33,795 nucleotides of DNA from an uncultured Coxiellaceae bacterium (GCA_964639745.1 CAZXFO010000309.1:1-33795); one strand, 5' to 3'. Positions 1 through 12,478 are shown, counted from the first letter of the stretch. Notes: generated by a model not told the origin, from the letters alone. Translations and numbers: made by a program.

Positions 1-865
1 TCCTGAGTAGATATGGACCACTATTCAGGGTGATCCGATCGTTATTTGGCCTCCCTAAAATATTCCTTATCCTTTTCGTGTCGAACTTTGGCTGGTATTC
101 AATTTTGATTTCGTTAAATACAGAATCAAGCGCTAAAGCAGAGTTTAAAACCAATTCTCTTTGACTTTGATTTTGCATTTCATCCTGATAAAACTGGAAA
201 TGCTGCGCCCCAATTGCTTTTGCTTGAGATAAAGCGTTAGCTGCTTTTTGCAACAGGGTATCAACATTATGGCCATCGGCAGGATAAGTAACAATACCGA
301 TATTAGCCTGCAAAGCGAGACTATGGCCATTAACAACAAACGGCTCCGCAAGTTTTTGGAAAATGCGTTGCACGATGAGAATAGCAGAATCAGCATGGTT
401 GAGTTTAGACAATAAAATAATAAAGATATCGCCCGAAAACCGGCAAGCACCGTCTGTTTGTCTGATACAGGCTTGTAACTTATTAGCTACCTCTTTTAAT
501 ACTAGATCACCCATATGATATCCGAGAGTGCTATTGATAATGCTAAAATTGCGGATATCTAATAACAACAATCCAAAAACCATTCGACGCGCAGCGCTTT
601 GCTCTAATACTTGCTGCATGTGTTCTTTAAACACCGTAAAACTTGAAAGTCCTGTTACCGAGTCGCGTAAAATTTCCTCATCAACCATATTTTTATATTC
701 ATTAAGCTCGCTTTGAGCTTGATGCATTTTAATTATGAGGTTTCTTAACTCAACTTCCTTTTCAATGAGATGTTTTTTTAAGCGGAATAAAAATAAAGAT
801 ATAAGGAGCAGAACGCCGGAGAGCGTTAAAACTACAAGAGGCCAAATGAATTGCGCTCCGTGCAT
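1..865 (-). CDS. Membrane-anchored GGDEF-domain protein with degenerate active site (SGDIF), continuing into an EAL-like region. The 3' end lies outside the window.
   Basis: Absent from the ORF track because it runs off the window edge. My minus-strand translation from ATG 865..863 (GGAGA 6 nt upstream) stays open to nt 1. It gives MHGAQFIWPLVVLTLSGVLLLISLFLF (TM helix), a short coiled coil, then RDSVTGLSSF...LLLLDIRNFSIINSTLGYHMGD...CRFSGDIFIILL...YPADG (GGDEF fold with GG[DE]EF replaced by SGDIF), then IEYQPKFD, a typical EAL-domain start. Confidence 0.8.
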   Translation of the reverse strand, partial: MHGAQFIWPLVVLTLSGVLLLISLFLFRLKKHLIEKEVELRNLIIKMHQAQSELNEYKNMVDEEILRDSVTGLSSFTVFKEHMQQVLEQSAARRMVFGLLLLDIRNFSIINSTLGYHMGDLVLKEVANKLQACIRQTDGACRFSGDIFIILLSKLNHADSAILIVQRIFQKLAEPFVVNGHSLALQANIGIVTYPADGHNVDTLLQKAANALSQAKAIGAQHFQFYQDEMQNQSQRELVLNSALALDSVFNEIKIEYQPKFDTKRIRNILGRPNNDRITLNSGPYLLR

Positions 866-940
866 TGAATGTCTCCAATAGTAGGGACTAATCAAAAAAT
901 ATACAATACAATAACACGTGGACAGCTACCCTGGCAATCC

Positions 941-1804
941 TTAACCGATCACAGAACCCTGATTTCCAATGTTTTCAAGCACATTTTCAGGTTTCACTTT
1001 TAGAACAAACTCACGAAATGGCTCGAATGAATGAGTATCAGTTGGCACCGGTAGAGGTGAGGCTTTAAAAACAGCTGCTCGAGCTGAACGATCCAGTAGA
1101 ATATCTCCGCTGCTTTTAATAATGGCAACTTCTAAAACTGTACCACTCGGCGCAAGCTTAATCAGTAGTTCACAAGTCAGGCGTTTATTCACATGACTCG
1201 GTATAACCCATTGCTGTGCTATAGCTTGTAAGATCAATGCTCGATATTTATCAATAATACCTTGGGTATGCTGTGAGCGAGGACCAGCTGCTGAAGCACG
1301 CTTTTGTTCTTTCATTAATTGTTCTAAAGCTTTTTCAGATTGTGCACGTAGTTCACTTTTAAATTTATTTTTTAGATTTTTTTGTTTAGCTTTCGTTTGC
1401 TTAGCAATTTCATCTTCTAAATCAGCCAGCAAATCTTTAGTAATGTCTTTTTTAACTAAAGGTTTTTGCTTTTTATCATCAATAGCTAGCTTTTTCTCTG
1501 GCGTCGCATCGTGTGCAGGCTCAGGTTTAGCTGCTACTTCAGGCTTAGGTGGCGGCGGTTGCACTTCAGGCTTTGGAGCAGGCTCGGGCGTAGGCACTGG
1601 CGTTGGCTCCACTATGGTCTTGGGCGGAGGCGCGATAATAGGCGAATCTTGCAATGCTATTGCTTCAATCACTTTAGTATCATTATTTGATACAACAAAC
1701 ATGGGTGAAGAAAACTCAAAACTGCAAACCAATATAATCAGCACAATGACATGCAATAGAACTGAAAATAAAAAGGCTTTATGCTGTTTTAGAGCTTTAG
1801 TCAT
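941..1804 (-). CDS. tolA: Tol-Pal system protein TolA
   Basis: 287-aa ORF with an N-terminal TM helix (FLFSVLLHVIVLIILV), a Pro-rich spacer (EPTPVPTPEPAPKPEVQPPPPKPE), a Lys/Glu/Ala-rich helix and a C-terminal TolA/TonB-like globular domain. It lies directly downstream of tolQ-tolR. Confidence 0.8.
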   Translation of the reverse strand: MTKALKQHKAFLFSVLLHVIVLIILVCSFEFSSPMFVVSNNDTKVIEAIALQDSPIIAPPPKTIVEPTPVPTPEPAPKPEVQPPPPKPEVAAKPEPAHDATPEKKLAIDDKKQKPLVKKDITKDLLADLEDEIAKQTKAKQKNLKNKFKSELRAQSEKALEQLMKEQKRASAAGPRSQHTQGIIDKYRALILQAIAQQWVIPSHVNKRLTCELLIKLAPSGTVLEVAIIKSSGDILLDRSARAAVFKASPLPVPTDTHSFEPFREFVLKVKPENVLENIGNQGSVIG

Positions 1805-1811
1805 ATATCTA

Positions 1812-2273
1812 TCATTGCTTGTTAGCGTGTTGTGCCGGTGTAGGTTGAGTAATTAACCCGACTTTAATGGCTCCTGCTTGCTGCAACAACACCATGGCTT
1901 CTACCACTTTCCCGTAATTAACATCTTTATCACCCCGCACTAGAACAGGACGTTGTTCTTGATCAGCGCTCGCCCCTGCTAATTGGGTTTGTACCAAATT
2001 TGTTAATACTTGTGCTGTAATAGGCTGATCAGGCTTAGGAGCAACATTTAAATAATAATTACCTGTTGAATCCACCGTCACAATTAACGGCTCTTTTTGG
2101 TCGGGCGGTATCGCTTTAGCCTCTGTTTTTGGCAAATCGACTTTGACTCCTTGCGTCAATAAAGGAGTAGTAATCATAAAGATAACCAGCAATACCAACA
2201 TCACGTCAATAAAAGGAACGACGTTGATTTCAGACATCATCCGTCGTGATCTACCTGAAGAAAAGTGGCTCAT
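1812..2273 (-). CDS. tolR: Tol-Pal system protein TolR (ExbD/TolR family)
   Basis: 153-aa ORF. SEINVVPFIDVMLVLLVIF parallels the ExbD/TolR signature (E. coli TolR SEINIVPLLDVLLVLLLIF, from memory). The start overlaps the tolQ stop by 4 nt (ATGA). Confidence 0.9.
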   Translation of the reverse strand: MSHFSSGRSRRMMSEINVVPFIDVMLVLLVIFMITTPLLTQGVKVDLPKTEAKAIPPDQKEPLIVTVDSTGNYYLNVAPKPDQPITAQVLTNLVQTQLAGASADQEQRPVLVRGDKDVNYGKVVEAMVLLQQAGAIKVGLITQPTPAQHANKQ

Positions 2274-2965
2274 GCCGGTTCCTCTTCAAGGGTGGGTTGC
2301 TGAGCATGATGAAACAAAATATTCATGAACGATTCTTGAAAGGCATCATAGCGATTAAGAAGACGTCCAGTTTCTGTGGTATAGCGGTTATAAGCTATAG
2401 CAGCAGGGATTGCAGCAAACAATCCGAGCGCAGTTGCAATTAAAGCTTCAGCAATACCAGGAGCCACCATGGCAATCGTCGCTTGCTGCACATGTGCTAG
2501 CGATTGGAAAGCAGTCATGATTCCCCAAACAGTGCCAAACAGACCAATATAGGGGCTTACTGAACCAACGGTCGCTAACACTGGTAAAGAATGCTCTAGG
2601 TTATCTTGTTCTTGGGATTGGACCACTCTCATGGCACGCTTTACGCTTTCTAATAAAGAGTGAATGGTAACACCTGGTTTATTTACTCGAATGAATTCTC
2701 TAAAACCCGCGTGAAAAATGGATTGAATGCCACGCAAATCGTCTTTGCTTTTTAAACTTTCAGCATAAAGTTTTGAGAGATTCTTTTCTTCCCAGAACAG
2801 CTCTTCAAAATCATTCACTTCTTTTTTCAAGTCGCGGAGATATGCTGCACGCTGAAAAATATAAGTCCAAGAAAGGACCGACGCACTGATCAAAATAAAC
2901 ATAACGCATTTAACAACGAGACCCGCGTTTAGGAAATAAGAAAATATGGTTGAATCAACGTTCAC
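2270..2965 (-). CDS. tolQ: Tol-Pal system protein TolQ (MotA/TolQ/ExbB proton channel)
   Basis: 231-aa ORF with three TM segments. The N-terminus (FLNAGLVVKCVMFILISASVLSWTYIFQR) parallels E. coli TolQ, and the family-typical PYIGLFGTVWGIM motif is present. Confidence 0.92.
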   Translation of the reverse strand: MNVDSTIFSYFLNAGLVVKCVMFILISASVLSWTYIFQRAAYLRDLKKEVNDFEELFWEEKNLSKLYAESLKSKDDLRGIQSIFHAGFREFIRVNKPGVTIHSLLESVKRAMRVVQSQEQDNLEHSLPVLATVGSVSPYIGLFGTVWGIMTAFQSLAHVQQATIAMVAPGIAEALIATALGLFAAIPAAIAYNRYTTETGRLLNRYDAFQESFMNILFHHAQQPTLEEEPA

Positions 2966-3250
2966 GAGCTATCTCCGTTTTGTAATTATCCTAGCAGGAT
3001 ATATCGTAACGAGGATTTGTAGAAATGTCATTAAGAAGTCAATTAATACGGCTGTATAATTCTAGGACACATGGGATCCTCACTGCCACCTTTAGGATTT
3101 AAAGTAGACGCTTGTATTGTCATTCAGGTCTGGCAAAGCGGGCGTAAAATCTAGGTTTTAAAGGTACACCATTAACGCAAACAAAACCTGGACCCCACGC
3201 CTTAAGCACTTCGTAAGGCTCTGGGTGACTGAGGTCTTCTAAAGCGCGCT

Positions 3251-3328
3251 ACCAGACCCCGCAACAAATTCCCGTGTAAAGCCAGTGTTCTTTTCAAATT
3301 TGTGGACGGGAATTTTGCGGGGAGACAG
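3251..3328. repeat. REP/MITE-like palindromic element, copy 1
   Basis: Sequence is ACCAGACCCCGCAACAAATTCCCGT, a ~30-nt loop, then ACGGGAATTTTGCGGGGAGACAG. Stem arms are 3257-3275 and 3306-3322. The same termini occur in reverse orientation at 15952-16028. Confidence 0.6.
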
Positions 3329-3379
3329 CTTTTATAACAAGTGAGCATGTATGATGCAGATTATGATAAATTCAGCCTT

Positions 3380-4432
3380 CTACCCTTCCTCAAAAAGACT
3401 TAGGTTTTTAGGTCCGTTCAATTTATCAGGCGCTTTTAAGCCGAAATGGGCATAGGCATGATGTGTGGCTACCCTTCCACGCGGGGTACGCATCATGAAG
3501 CCTCTTTGTATTAAGAATGGCTCAATGACGTCTTCAATGGTTTCTCTTTCTTCATTAATAAAAGCAGCCAGGTTTTCGATTCCGACCGGCCCCCCGCCAA
3601 AGTTATCAATTAAAGCCACAAGCAACTTACGATCCATCATGTCAAAGCCCTGCTCATCGACATCAAGAAAATCTAAAGCACCCTGCACCACAGCTCGAGT
3701 GACTACTCCATTGGCTTTGACTTCAGCAAAGTCACGCACTCGACGCAGCAAACGATTAGCAATACGCGGTGTACCGCGGGAACGTCTGGCCACCTCTTCA
3801 GCGCCATCTCGCTCAATAGCCACCCCCAAAATTCCTGCCGAACGCAAGACAATATCGGTCAAATCAGGCACTTGATAAAATTCAAGACGGGCAACAATAC
3901 CGAAACGATCGCGTAAAGGAGAAGTTAAAAGACCTGCTCGCGTCGTTGCACCAATTAAGGTAAATGGTGGTAAATTCAATTTAATGGAACGTGCTGAAGG
4001 TCCTTCACCAATAACAATATCAATTTGATAGTCTTCCATTGCCGGATATAAGACTTCTTCAATTACCGGACTCATGCGGTGGATTTCGTCTATAAATAAA
4101 ACATCGTGTTCTTGTAAATTGGTTAGCATGGCAGCAACGTCTCCGGCCCGCTCTAACACCGGACCTGAAGTTTGCTTTAAATTGACACCCAATTCGTTCG
4201 CTATAATATGAGCAAGCGTCGTTTTACCTAACCCCGGTGGGCCAAAAACCAAGACGTGATCGAGAGCTTCACGGCGTGCTCGAGCTGCCTGAATAAAAAT
4301 TTCCATTTGATCGCGGACAGCTTTTTGGCCGACATAATCTTTAATAAATTTAGGGCGCAACGCTCTATCTACCGTTTCATTTTCGGTAATCCCGGTTTCT
4401 TCTGGTGAAACTATGCGATCTAAATCATTCAT
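3380..4432 (-). CDS. ruvB: Holliday junction branch-migration ATPase RuvB
   Basis: 350-aa ORF with Walker [10 protein letters not shown], Walker B LFIDEIHR and a RuvB-type C-terminal winged helix. Overlaps ruvA by 4 nt (ATGA). Confidence 0.97.
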   Translation of the reverse strand: MNDLDRIVSPEETGITENETVDRALRPKFIKDYVGQKAVRDQMEIFIQAARARREALDHVLVFGPPGLGKTTLAHIIANELGVNLKQTSGPVLERAGDVAAMLTNLQEHDVLFIDEIHRMSPVIEEVLYPAMEDYQIDIVIGEGPSARSIKLNLPPFTLIGATTRAGLLTSPLRDRFGIVARLEFYQVPDLTDIVLRSAGILGVAIERDGAEEVARRSRGTPRIANRLLRRVRDFAEVKANGVVTRAVVQGALDFLDVDEQGFDMMDRKLLVALIDNFGGGPVGIENLAAFINEERETIEDVIEPFLIQRGFMMRTPRGRVATHHAYAHFGLKAPDKLNGPKNLSLFEEG

Positions 4433-5031
4433 GTGGCAACCTCCCGGAGCGCACGTCTAATTATTTCTTCACTCGTTAAGTCAACCGCATCAACTTTGGA
4501 TACTGCGCGACTAGCCTCTTGCGGCTTATAACCTAGAGCCACAAGGGCTGAGATAGCATCTTGTAATACTTGATTATGAGAAGGCTGTAAAGTATCAGAC
4601 ATGGCTGTGAGTGGTACATTGCTTGACCAATCTTTTAATTTATCTTTCATTTCAATGATAAGCCGCTCTGCAGTTTTCTTACCGATACCGGGCAGACATA
4701 CTAATCGAGCAGTTTCTTGATGAATTACACACCGAACAAAATCGTCTGGTTCAATGCTGGATAAAATAGCTAAAGCTAATTTGGGGCCAACTCCATTTAC
4801 TTTAAGCAAGGTGCGGAACAACAATCGCTCTGAACGAGTTGCAAAACCATATAATTGATGCGCATCTTCACGTACCACCAAGTGAGTATATAACGTCACT
4901 TCTTGGCCAACCTCTGGCAATTTATAAAAAGTATTCATGGAAGCGTCCACTTCATAGCCAACGCCGCCAACTTTAAGCACTAATGTGGGCGGTTGTTTTT
5001 CTAAAATAATTCCGAACAATTGTCCTATCAT
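4429..5031 (-). CDS. ruvA: Holliday junction DNA-binding protein RuvA
   Basis: 200-aa ORF with an OB-fold N-terminus, two helix-hairpin-helix motifs ([16 protein letters not shown] and [12 protein letters not shown]) and C-terminal domain III. Sits between ruvC and ruvB. Confidence 0.95.
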   Translation of the reverse strand: MIGQLFGIILEKQPPTLVLKVGGVGYEVDASMNTFYKLPEVGQEVTLYTHLVVREDAHQLYGFATRSERLLFRTLLKVNGVGPKLALAILSSIEPDDFVRCVIHQETARLVCLPGIGKKTAERLIIEMKDKLKDWSSNVPLTAMSDTLQPSHNQVLQDAISALVALGYKPQEASRAVSKVDAVDLTSEEIIRRALREVAT

Positions 5032-5038
5032 GGTTACC

Positions 5039-5533
5039 TTACCGTGCTTTCATTAATTCATTCATTTTGGTTAATAGCGTACGACTATGCGCGTGACATA
5101 AGGCGATAGCTAAAGCATCAGAAGCATCGCTTTGGATATTATCTTGTATATTTAAAAATCTTTTTACCATATGTTGAACTTGATCTTTTGACGCAGCTCC
5201 GTAACCGACAATAGCCTGCTTAATGGATCGGGCCGAATATTCAACTATTGGCATTCCGATAGCAACCAAAGCTGCCCCTCGAGCATGGCCGAGTTTTAAA
5301 GCTGAGTTGACATTTTCGTGCATGAAGACTTGTTCAATAGCTGCTTCTTGTGGCTGGTATTGTTGAATTACTTCCCGCAATCCGGCAAAGATTTGTTGCA
5401 GTCTTTCGGCAAGAGTAGCTCCTGATAATGATAAACAACCATGCGCCAAGTGTCGGCTTTGGTTACCTTGTACTTGGATGACACCGTAACCCGTTTTGCG
5501 AGATCCGGGGTCTATGCCGAGGATAATGGTCAT
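5039..5533 (-). CDS. ruvC: Crossover junction endodeoxyribonuclease RuvC
   Basis: 164-aa ORF. ILGIDPGSRKTGYGVI is the RNase H-like N-terminus with the catalytic Asp. A C-terminal DASDALAIALCH motif is also present. Confidence 0.95.
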   Translation of the reverse strand: MTIILGIDPGSRKTGYGVIQVQGNQSRHLAHGCLSLSGATLAERLQQIFAGLREVIQQYQPQEAAIEQVFMHENVNSALKLGHARGAALVAIGMPIVEYSARSIKQAIVGYGAASKDQVQHMVKRFLNIQDNIQSDASDALAIALCHAHSRTLLTKMNELMKAR

Positions 5534-5579
5534 AACAGCCCTATATTAATGTTACCCCGCGGTTTGCTGCGGATCTTAT

Positions 5580-6317
5580 TTAGGCTATCACATCTTCCGC
5601 AATATCGGCATTAGAATATACAGCCTGGACATCATCTAATTCTTCTAGCATTTCCAATAAGCTCATCGCTTGTTCAGCCACTTCCTTATCATCAATAGTC
5701 ACAGAGGTGGATGGCACCATCGTTACTTCAGCTTGTTCAGCATGTAAGCCCTTATCGTGCATGATTTTTTTGATTTCAAAAAAGGCCTCTGGCGAGGTAA
5801 ATACCTCAATGCTTTTATCGTCATTAATCACTACATCATCCGCACCGGCTTCCAATGCGATTTCCATCACCTTTTCTTCATCAGTGCCTGCAGGGAGAGA
5901 AATTTGCCCCAGCTTTTTAAACAAGTAAGCTACTGAACCATCCGTACCGAGATTGCCGCCATTTTTACTGAAAACATGGCGTACCTCACCTACTGTACGA
6001 TTACGATTATTGGTCATGCAATCGACAATGACTGCAATCCCACTAGGGCCGTATCCTTCATAGCGCACGTCTTCAACATCAGCGCCTTCCAGACCACCGG
6101 CACCACGCTTAATCGCTCTATCGATAACATCACGGCTCATATTGGCAGCAAGCGCTTTGTCTACAATATTGCGCAACCGTGGATTATCATTCGGGTCGCC
6201 ACTAGCACGAGCAGCTACGGTAATTTCACGAATAATCTTAGTATAGACTTTGCCTTTTTTAGCATCTTGTCTTTCTTTACGATGGCGGATATTTGCCCAT
6301 TTACTATGCCCAGCCAT
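5580..6317 (-). CDS. yebC: YebC/PmpR family DNA-binding transcriptional regulator
   Basis: 245-aa ORF with the hallmark N-terminus [14 protein letters not shown]. Sits in the conserved position upstream of ruvC. Confidence 0.93.
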   Translation of the reverse strand: MAGHSKWANIRHRKERQDAKKGKVYTKIIREITVAARASGDPNDNPRLRNIVDKALAANMSRDVIDRAIKRGAGGLEGADVEDVRYEGYGPSGIAVIVDCMTNNRNRTVGEVRHVFSKNGGNLGTDGSVAYLFKKLGQISLPAGTDEEKVMEIALEAGADDVVINDDKSIEVFTSPEAFFEIKKIMHDKGLHAEQAEVTMVPSTSVTIDDKEVAEQAMSLLEMLEELDDVQAVYSNADIAEDVIA

Positions 6318-6333
6318 GACTATCTCCTCTTGC

Positions 6334-8097
6334 TTATTTCTTTTCGTCTTTTCTAATACGAATGCCTAATTCGAGTAATTGCTCTGGCTCTACTGCAGAA
6401 GGCGCATTCATTAATGGACAAGTCGCTGTTTGTGTTTTAGGGAATGCGATGACATCACGAATGGAACTTGAGTTCGTCATCAACATTACTAAACGATCCA
6501 CCCCAAAGGCGATACCGCCATGTGGAGGACAGCCCATTTTCATGGCTTGCAGTAAGTGTCCAAATTTTTCTGTGGCTTTTTCTTCATCAATATTTAAAGT
6601 GTTAAACACGGCCATTTGTAATTCAGGTGAATGGATACGAATAGAGCCTCCACCAACTTCGCTACCGTTTAATACCATGTCATAGGCACGTGCAAGAATC
6701 TTAATTGGATCTTTCTGTAATTCCGCTATGTCATTAATTTTTGGTGCAGTGAATGGATGGTGGCAAGCTGTTAAACGGCCATCACCTTTTTCAAACATAG
6801 GGAAGTCGATGACCCATAATGGGTACCAGCCCTCACGGACTAAATCAAAATCACGACCCACTTTAAGACGTAAATTACCTAAAGCATCATTGACGATGGC
6901 AGCATTATCAGCGCCAAAGAAAATGATATCGCCGGTTTTTGCATTAGTACGTTCAACAATGGTATTTAATGCTTCTGGCGGTAAAAATTTCAAAATAGGT
7001 GACTGTGGGCCTTCTTCTGTCATTTTGATATAAGCCAAACCCTTTGCACCAAAAATCGCAGTATATTGCGTATAGTCGTCTATTTCTTTACGGCTCAATC
7101 TAGCGCCACCTGGCACACATAAAGCAGCAACGCGTCCGTTAGGATCTTTTGCAGGTTCAGCAAATACTTTGAATTCAACGTTAGTCAGAACGTCACCCAC
7201 ATCGACTAATTCAAGCGGGATGCGTAAATCAGGTTTATCAGAACCAAAGCGACGCATCGCTTCACTGTATACCAATCTTGGGAATGGATTAGGCAATTCA
7301 ATATTGAGCAATTCACGGAACAAGCCACGAATCATGTCTTCCATGAAACCTTGAATTTCAGTTTCATTGAGGAAAGAAGTTTCAATATCAAGCTGAGTAA
7401 ATTCTGGTTGGCGATCAGCACGTAAATCTTCGTCGCGGAAACAACGAACAATTTGGTAATAGCGGTCGATGCCGGCCATCATCAAAATTTGCTTAAATTG
7501 CTGTGGCGACTGTGGCAGAGCATAAAATTCACCGGGATGGACGCGACTAGGCACCAAATAATCGCGGGCTCCTTCTGGTGTTGCTTTAGTTAAAAAAGGT
7601 GTTTCAACATCAATAAAACCCGCTTCATCTAAAAATGCTCTCAAATAATGAGAAACCTTAGCACGAAATTTAATACGCGATAGCATTTCTGGACGGCGCA
7701 AATCTAAATAGCGATAATGCAGACGGGTTTCTTCACTGACTTCATGATATTCATCAATTGGGAAAGGCAAAGCTTCTGAGCGGTTATAAATAACAAGTTG
7801 GGTGGCTTCGATTTCCACCTCACCACTTGTCAAATTTGGGTTAACAGTTCCTTCTGGACGAGCACGGACATGGCCTTGGATATGTACCACAAATTCATTG
7901 CGCAAGGTTTCAGCCTGAGCAAACAAGGCTTTATTTTCAGGGGCAAATACTACTTGCACGATGCCTTCGCGATCACGCAAATCAACGAAAATAATACCAC
8001 CATGGTCACGACGTCTATGTACCCAACCGCTAACCTTAATTTCTTTACCTAATAAATCTTTGGTAACCTGACCACAATAATGACTACGCATTTGCAT
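6334..8097 (-). CDS. aspS: Aspartate--tRNA ligase
   Basis: The ORF track gives 6334..8145, but the first 16 codons overlap the DUF502 gene. ATG 8097 ([14 protein letters not shown] 8 nt upstream) matches the usual AspRS start (E. coli MRTEYCGQL, from memory). Class II motifs are present: [18 protein letters not shown] and [10 protein letters not shown]. Confidence 0.96.
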   Translation of the reverse strand: MQMRSHYCGQVTKDLLGKEIKVSGWVHRRRDHGGIIFVDLRDREGIVQVVFAPENKALFAQAETLRNEFVVHIQGHVRARPEGTVNPNLTSGEVEIEATQLVIYNRSEALPFPIDEYHEVSEETRLHYRYLDLRRPEMLSRIKFRAKVSHYLRAFLDEAGFIDVETPFLTKATPEGARDYLVPSRVHPGEFYALPQSPQQFKQILMMAGIDRYYQIVRCFRDEDLRADRQPEFTQLDIETSFLNETEIQGFMEDMIRGLFRELLNIELPNPFPRLVYSEAMRRFGSDKPDLRIPLELVDVGDVLTNVEFKVFAEPAKDPNGRVAALCVPGGARLSRKEIDDYTQYTAIFGAKGLAYIKMTEEGPQSPILKFLPPEALNTIVERTNAKTGDIIFFGADNAAIVNDALGNLRLKVGRDFDLVREGWYPLWVIDFPMFEKGDGRLTACHHPFTAPKINDIAELQKDPIKILARAYDMVLNGSEVGGGSIRIHSPELQMAVFNTLNIDEEKATEKFGHLLQAMKMGCPPHGGIAFGVDRLVMLMTNSSSIRDVIAFPKTQTATCPLMNAPSAVEPEQLLELGIRIRKDEKK

Positions 8098-8110
8098 GTT
8101 AATGACCTTT

Positions 8111-8725
8111 CTATTTTCGAGTAAAATAATCTGGCTGTACCACACCCAAGGAAATCACGAGTTTCAATGCCTGCTCAACGCTCATCTCAAGCTCAATAAC
8201 CTTATCTCTAGGCGCCATCATTAGAAAACCAGAGGTTGGATTTGGGGTCGTCGGTATAAACAGACTGACCATACTACCTTGGCCGACATTTTTTTCAACC
8301 TCTCGGGTACCGTCTCCAGTTTGAAATGCAATACTCCAGAGGCCTTCGCGAGGATATTCCACTAGTAACACTTTGCGAAATGATTGCCCGCCTGGTGCAA
8401 ATAAAGTGTCTAACACTTGTTTGACACCGGTATAGACCGTCCTCACGAGAGGAATGCGTGCAACCACAGCTTCCCACATTTCCACCAGCTTTCTGCCAAT
8501 AAAATTAGCAACTAAAAGCCCGGTTAATAAAATCACCAGCAAGGTGATCATTACTCCTATACCCGGAATGTGAAAACCCAGCAACATATCGGGTTGATAA
8601 CGTTGCGGCAGCAATGAAAATGCATTATCTAAAATATCGACTAAAAAGCGGATAACCACATAGGTAGCCCAAATCGGCAGCCAAAATAACAAGCCTGAAA
8701 TAAAATAACGTCTAATATTGGTCAT
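8111..8725 (-). CDS. DUF502 family membrane protein
   Basis: 204-aa ORF with two N-terminal TM helices ([22 protein letters not shown] and [25 protein letters not shown]) followed by a soluble domain. This layout is typical of DUF502 proteins. Confidence 0.7.
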   Translation of the reverse strand: MTNIRRYFISGLLFWLPIWATYVVIRFLVDILDNAFSLLPQRYQPDMLLGFHIPGIGVMITLLVILLTGLLVANFIGRKLVEMWEAVVARIPLVRTVYTGVKQVLDTLFAPGGQSFRKVLLVEYPREGLWSIAFQTGDGTREVEKNVGQGSMVSLFIPTTPNPTSGFLMMAPRDKVIELEMSVEQALKLVISLGVVQPDYFTRK

Positions 8726-8760
8726 GACGAACTACCCTTATGGTTGCGAATCCGCAGCCC

Positions 8761-9024
8761 TTATTCCTTAGCGCCTGAAGACGATGAAGAATCCGTTTTG
8801 TCTTTTGAAGTAGACGTTCCGCTATCTGAACTGCTTTTCTTTTTACTGGCATAATCGGTGACATACCAGCCGCCACCTTTTAATTGAAAACCAGCAGCAG
8901 AAACTAATTTCTGTAGCTCATCTTTTTGACATTCTGGGCAGCTTTTTAAAGGCTCTTCCGAAATATTTTGGAAGGCTTCCATTCGGTGGCCACAGGCACC
9001 GCATTGATATTCATAAATTGGCAT
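8761..9024 (-). CDS. FmdB-family zinc-ribbon protein
   Basis: 87-aa [16 protein letters not shown]...CPECQ gives two CxxC pairs in the FmdB arrangement, followed by a Ser/Lys-rich tail. Confidence 0.8.
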   Translation of the reverse strand: MPIYEYQCGACGHRMEAFQNISEEPLKSCPECQKDELQKLVSAAGFQLKGGGWYVTDYASKKKSSSDSGTSTSKDKTDSSSSSGAKE

Positions 9025-9114
9025 TGTCTAAATACCCTCTTGCCTGTTAAAAACCTTAAATTACAATGCTCGGTATTGTAATCACAATCATAGCCCCTGT
9101 CATCCGGAGCCTGC

Positions 9115-10927
<1,813 letters not shown>

Positions 10928-10944
<17 letters not shown>

Positions 10945-11443
10945 CTGCTTCAACTTTAGCTCGCCCTGCTTTACTGACAGTAATGCGCCAATTCAATACC
11001 CCTCTCGCTGAGCGATACCAAAAGCTGCCGTTTTCTTGGGCTGTTAAACCGCTTGCTAAAAATTGCAAATACGAGCTTTGTGGAAAGCCACGCCAATGTA
11101 TTTGGCCGCTCTGTTTTAAGCGATAAGTATAGAGAATTTCAGGTTGGTTCTTATTCTCAATAAATATGATGACACCATCAGCTGATTTATCACTACACGT
11201 CGATAAATCTTGGCTTTGGCAAAAGCCAATGGTTTGTTGCTGCAAAAGCGCTGCCCGTCTAGCAAAATTTAACAAGCTGATTAGCTGATCCTGCAATACT
11301 TCTTCTTGTGACTGCAAAAATAGCCGCTTCATTGAAGGCATAGCCATCGTCACGAGCAAGGTGGCAATGGTCAATGTTGTCATCAGTTCAATGAATGAAA
11401 ATCCTCGTGTTCTGATCAAAAAACGCATATTATTCTTGTTCAT
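10928..11443 (-). CDS. Type IV minor pilin / GspH-FimT-like protein
   Basis: RGFSFIELMTTLTIATLLVTMAMPS is a prepilin-type N-terminus. The size and sequence after the helix resemble the FimT/GspH family. The 3' end overlaps the pilE-like gene convergently by 17 nt. Confidence 0.7.
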
Positions 11444-11471
11444 GTTCTTAGTTTCCTGGAAGGAGATTTAT

Positions 11472-12473
11472 ATGTTAGAAAGCTTAGGCCATCTTGCCCT
11501 TTTTACCGCCAAAGCCCTTATTATTGTGTTAGTCATTCTCTTTTTACTCACTATGATGCTGGTTATCGTTGGCCGCGCTAAAGAAAAATTAAAAGGCCAG
11601 TTATCTATTCGCCACCTGAATAAAAGACTTCAAGAAACCAAAGAAACATTACTTAACGAAACATTTTCCAAAGCTCAATGGAAAAGATATATGAAAGAGC
11701 GCAAACAGGAATTAAAAAGAGAAAAAAAGAGAGCTGACAAACAGAATGTCTATGTTCTCCAATTTAACGGCGATGTGCAAGCTTCTGCTGTTGCTTCGCT
11801 TAAAGAAGAAGTGACTGCACTACTTACCGTTGCCACCCCCCAAGACGAAATCGTAGTCAAACTAGAAAGCGGCGGCGGCATGGTTCACTCTTACGGCTTA
11901 GCTGCAGCCCAGCTTAAGCGGTTGAGAGATAAGAACATTCCTTTAACTGTGATTGTCGACAAAATCGCTGCCAGTGGTGGCTATTTAATGGCTTGTATTG
12001 GCAACCGCTTACTCTCAGCCCCGTTTGCAATTATCGGCTCTATCGGTGTTGTCTTCCAGATCCCTAACTTCCATCGCTTACTGGAAAATAACCATATTGA
12101 CTATGAATTAGTCACTGCTGGCAATTTTAAACGAACTCTCACCCTTTTCGGCGAAAACACGCCTGCCGCGCGCGAAAAGCTCCGAGAAGAATTGGAAGCT
12201 ATTCACGATCAATTTAAAGGTGTTATTAAAGAGTTTCGTCCTACTATTGATATTCAACGCGTATCAACCGGCGAACATTGGTTAGGCCAACAAGCTTTAA
12301 GCTTAGGCTTAGTGGATGATTTAACCACCAGCGACGATTATTTATTGCAGAAAAGCGAAACCGCGAATGTTTATGAGATCAGCTTTGAAATTAAAAAATC
12401 GTTAAGCTCGCGTTTTAAAATGGCTATGCAACGCATTACCGCTAAAGAACCTGTATTACCCATGTCTATCTAA
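11472..12473 (+). CDS. sohB: Peptidase S49 family protease SohB
   Basis: The track ORF starts at 11361 inside the divergent pilin gene. ATG 11472, preceded by GGAAGGAG, gives MLESLGHLALFTAKALIIVLVILFLL (N-terminal TM), a basic coiled coil, then an S49 core with AASGGYLMAC (catalytic Ser context). Confidence 0.85.
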   Translation: MLESLGHLALFTAKALIIVLVILFLLTMMLVIVGRAKEKLKGQLSIRHLNKRLQETKETLLNETFSKAQWKRYMKERKQELKREKKRADKQNVYVLQFNGDVQASAVASLKEEVTALLTVATPQDEIVVKLESGGGMVHSYGLAAAQLKRLRDKNIPLTVIVDKIAASGGYLMACIGNRLLSAPFAIIGSIGVVFQIPNFHRLLENNHIDYELVTAGNFKRTLTLFGENTPAAREKLREELEAIHDQFKGVIKEFRPTIDIQRVSTGEHWLGQQALSLGLVDDLTTSDDYLLQKSETANVYEISFEIKKSLSSRFKMAMQRITAKEPVLPMSI

Positions 12474-12478
12474 AGATT

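Noticed and set aside
145-450. 101-aa minus-strand ORF from the track
   Set aside because: It lies entirely inside the longer GGDEF-domain reading frame (1-865, minus) but in a different frame. It has a low-complexity hydrophobic composition and no motif, so it is a shadow ORF.
1443-1856. 137-aa Gly-rich plus-strand ORF
   Set aside because: It is antisense to the Pro-rich region of tolA. The CCN codons read as GGN on the other strand, which keeps the frame open artificially.
3465-8052. Nested or antisense track ORFs inside ruvB, yebC, aspS and the DUF502 gene (3465-3875, 5707-5928, 5976-6356, 6362-6685, 6728-7033, 7169-7354, 7798-8052; also 8295-8477, 9192-9383, 10093-10338, 10935-11126, 12803-13000)
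   Set aside because: Each lies fully within a well-supported conserved gene on the opposite strand or in another frame. None has an RBS or a recognisable motif.
11361-11471. N-terminal 37-codon extension of the SohB ORF in the track
   Set aside because: It overlaps the divergent pilin-like gene and has no RBS. The ATG at 11472 has a GGAAGGAG RBS and starts with the expected TM helix.
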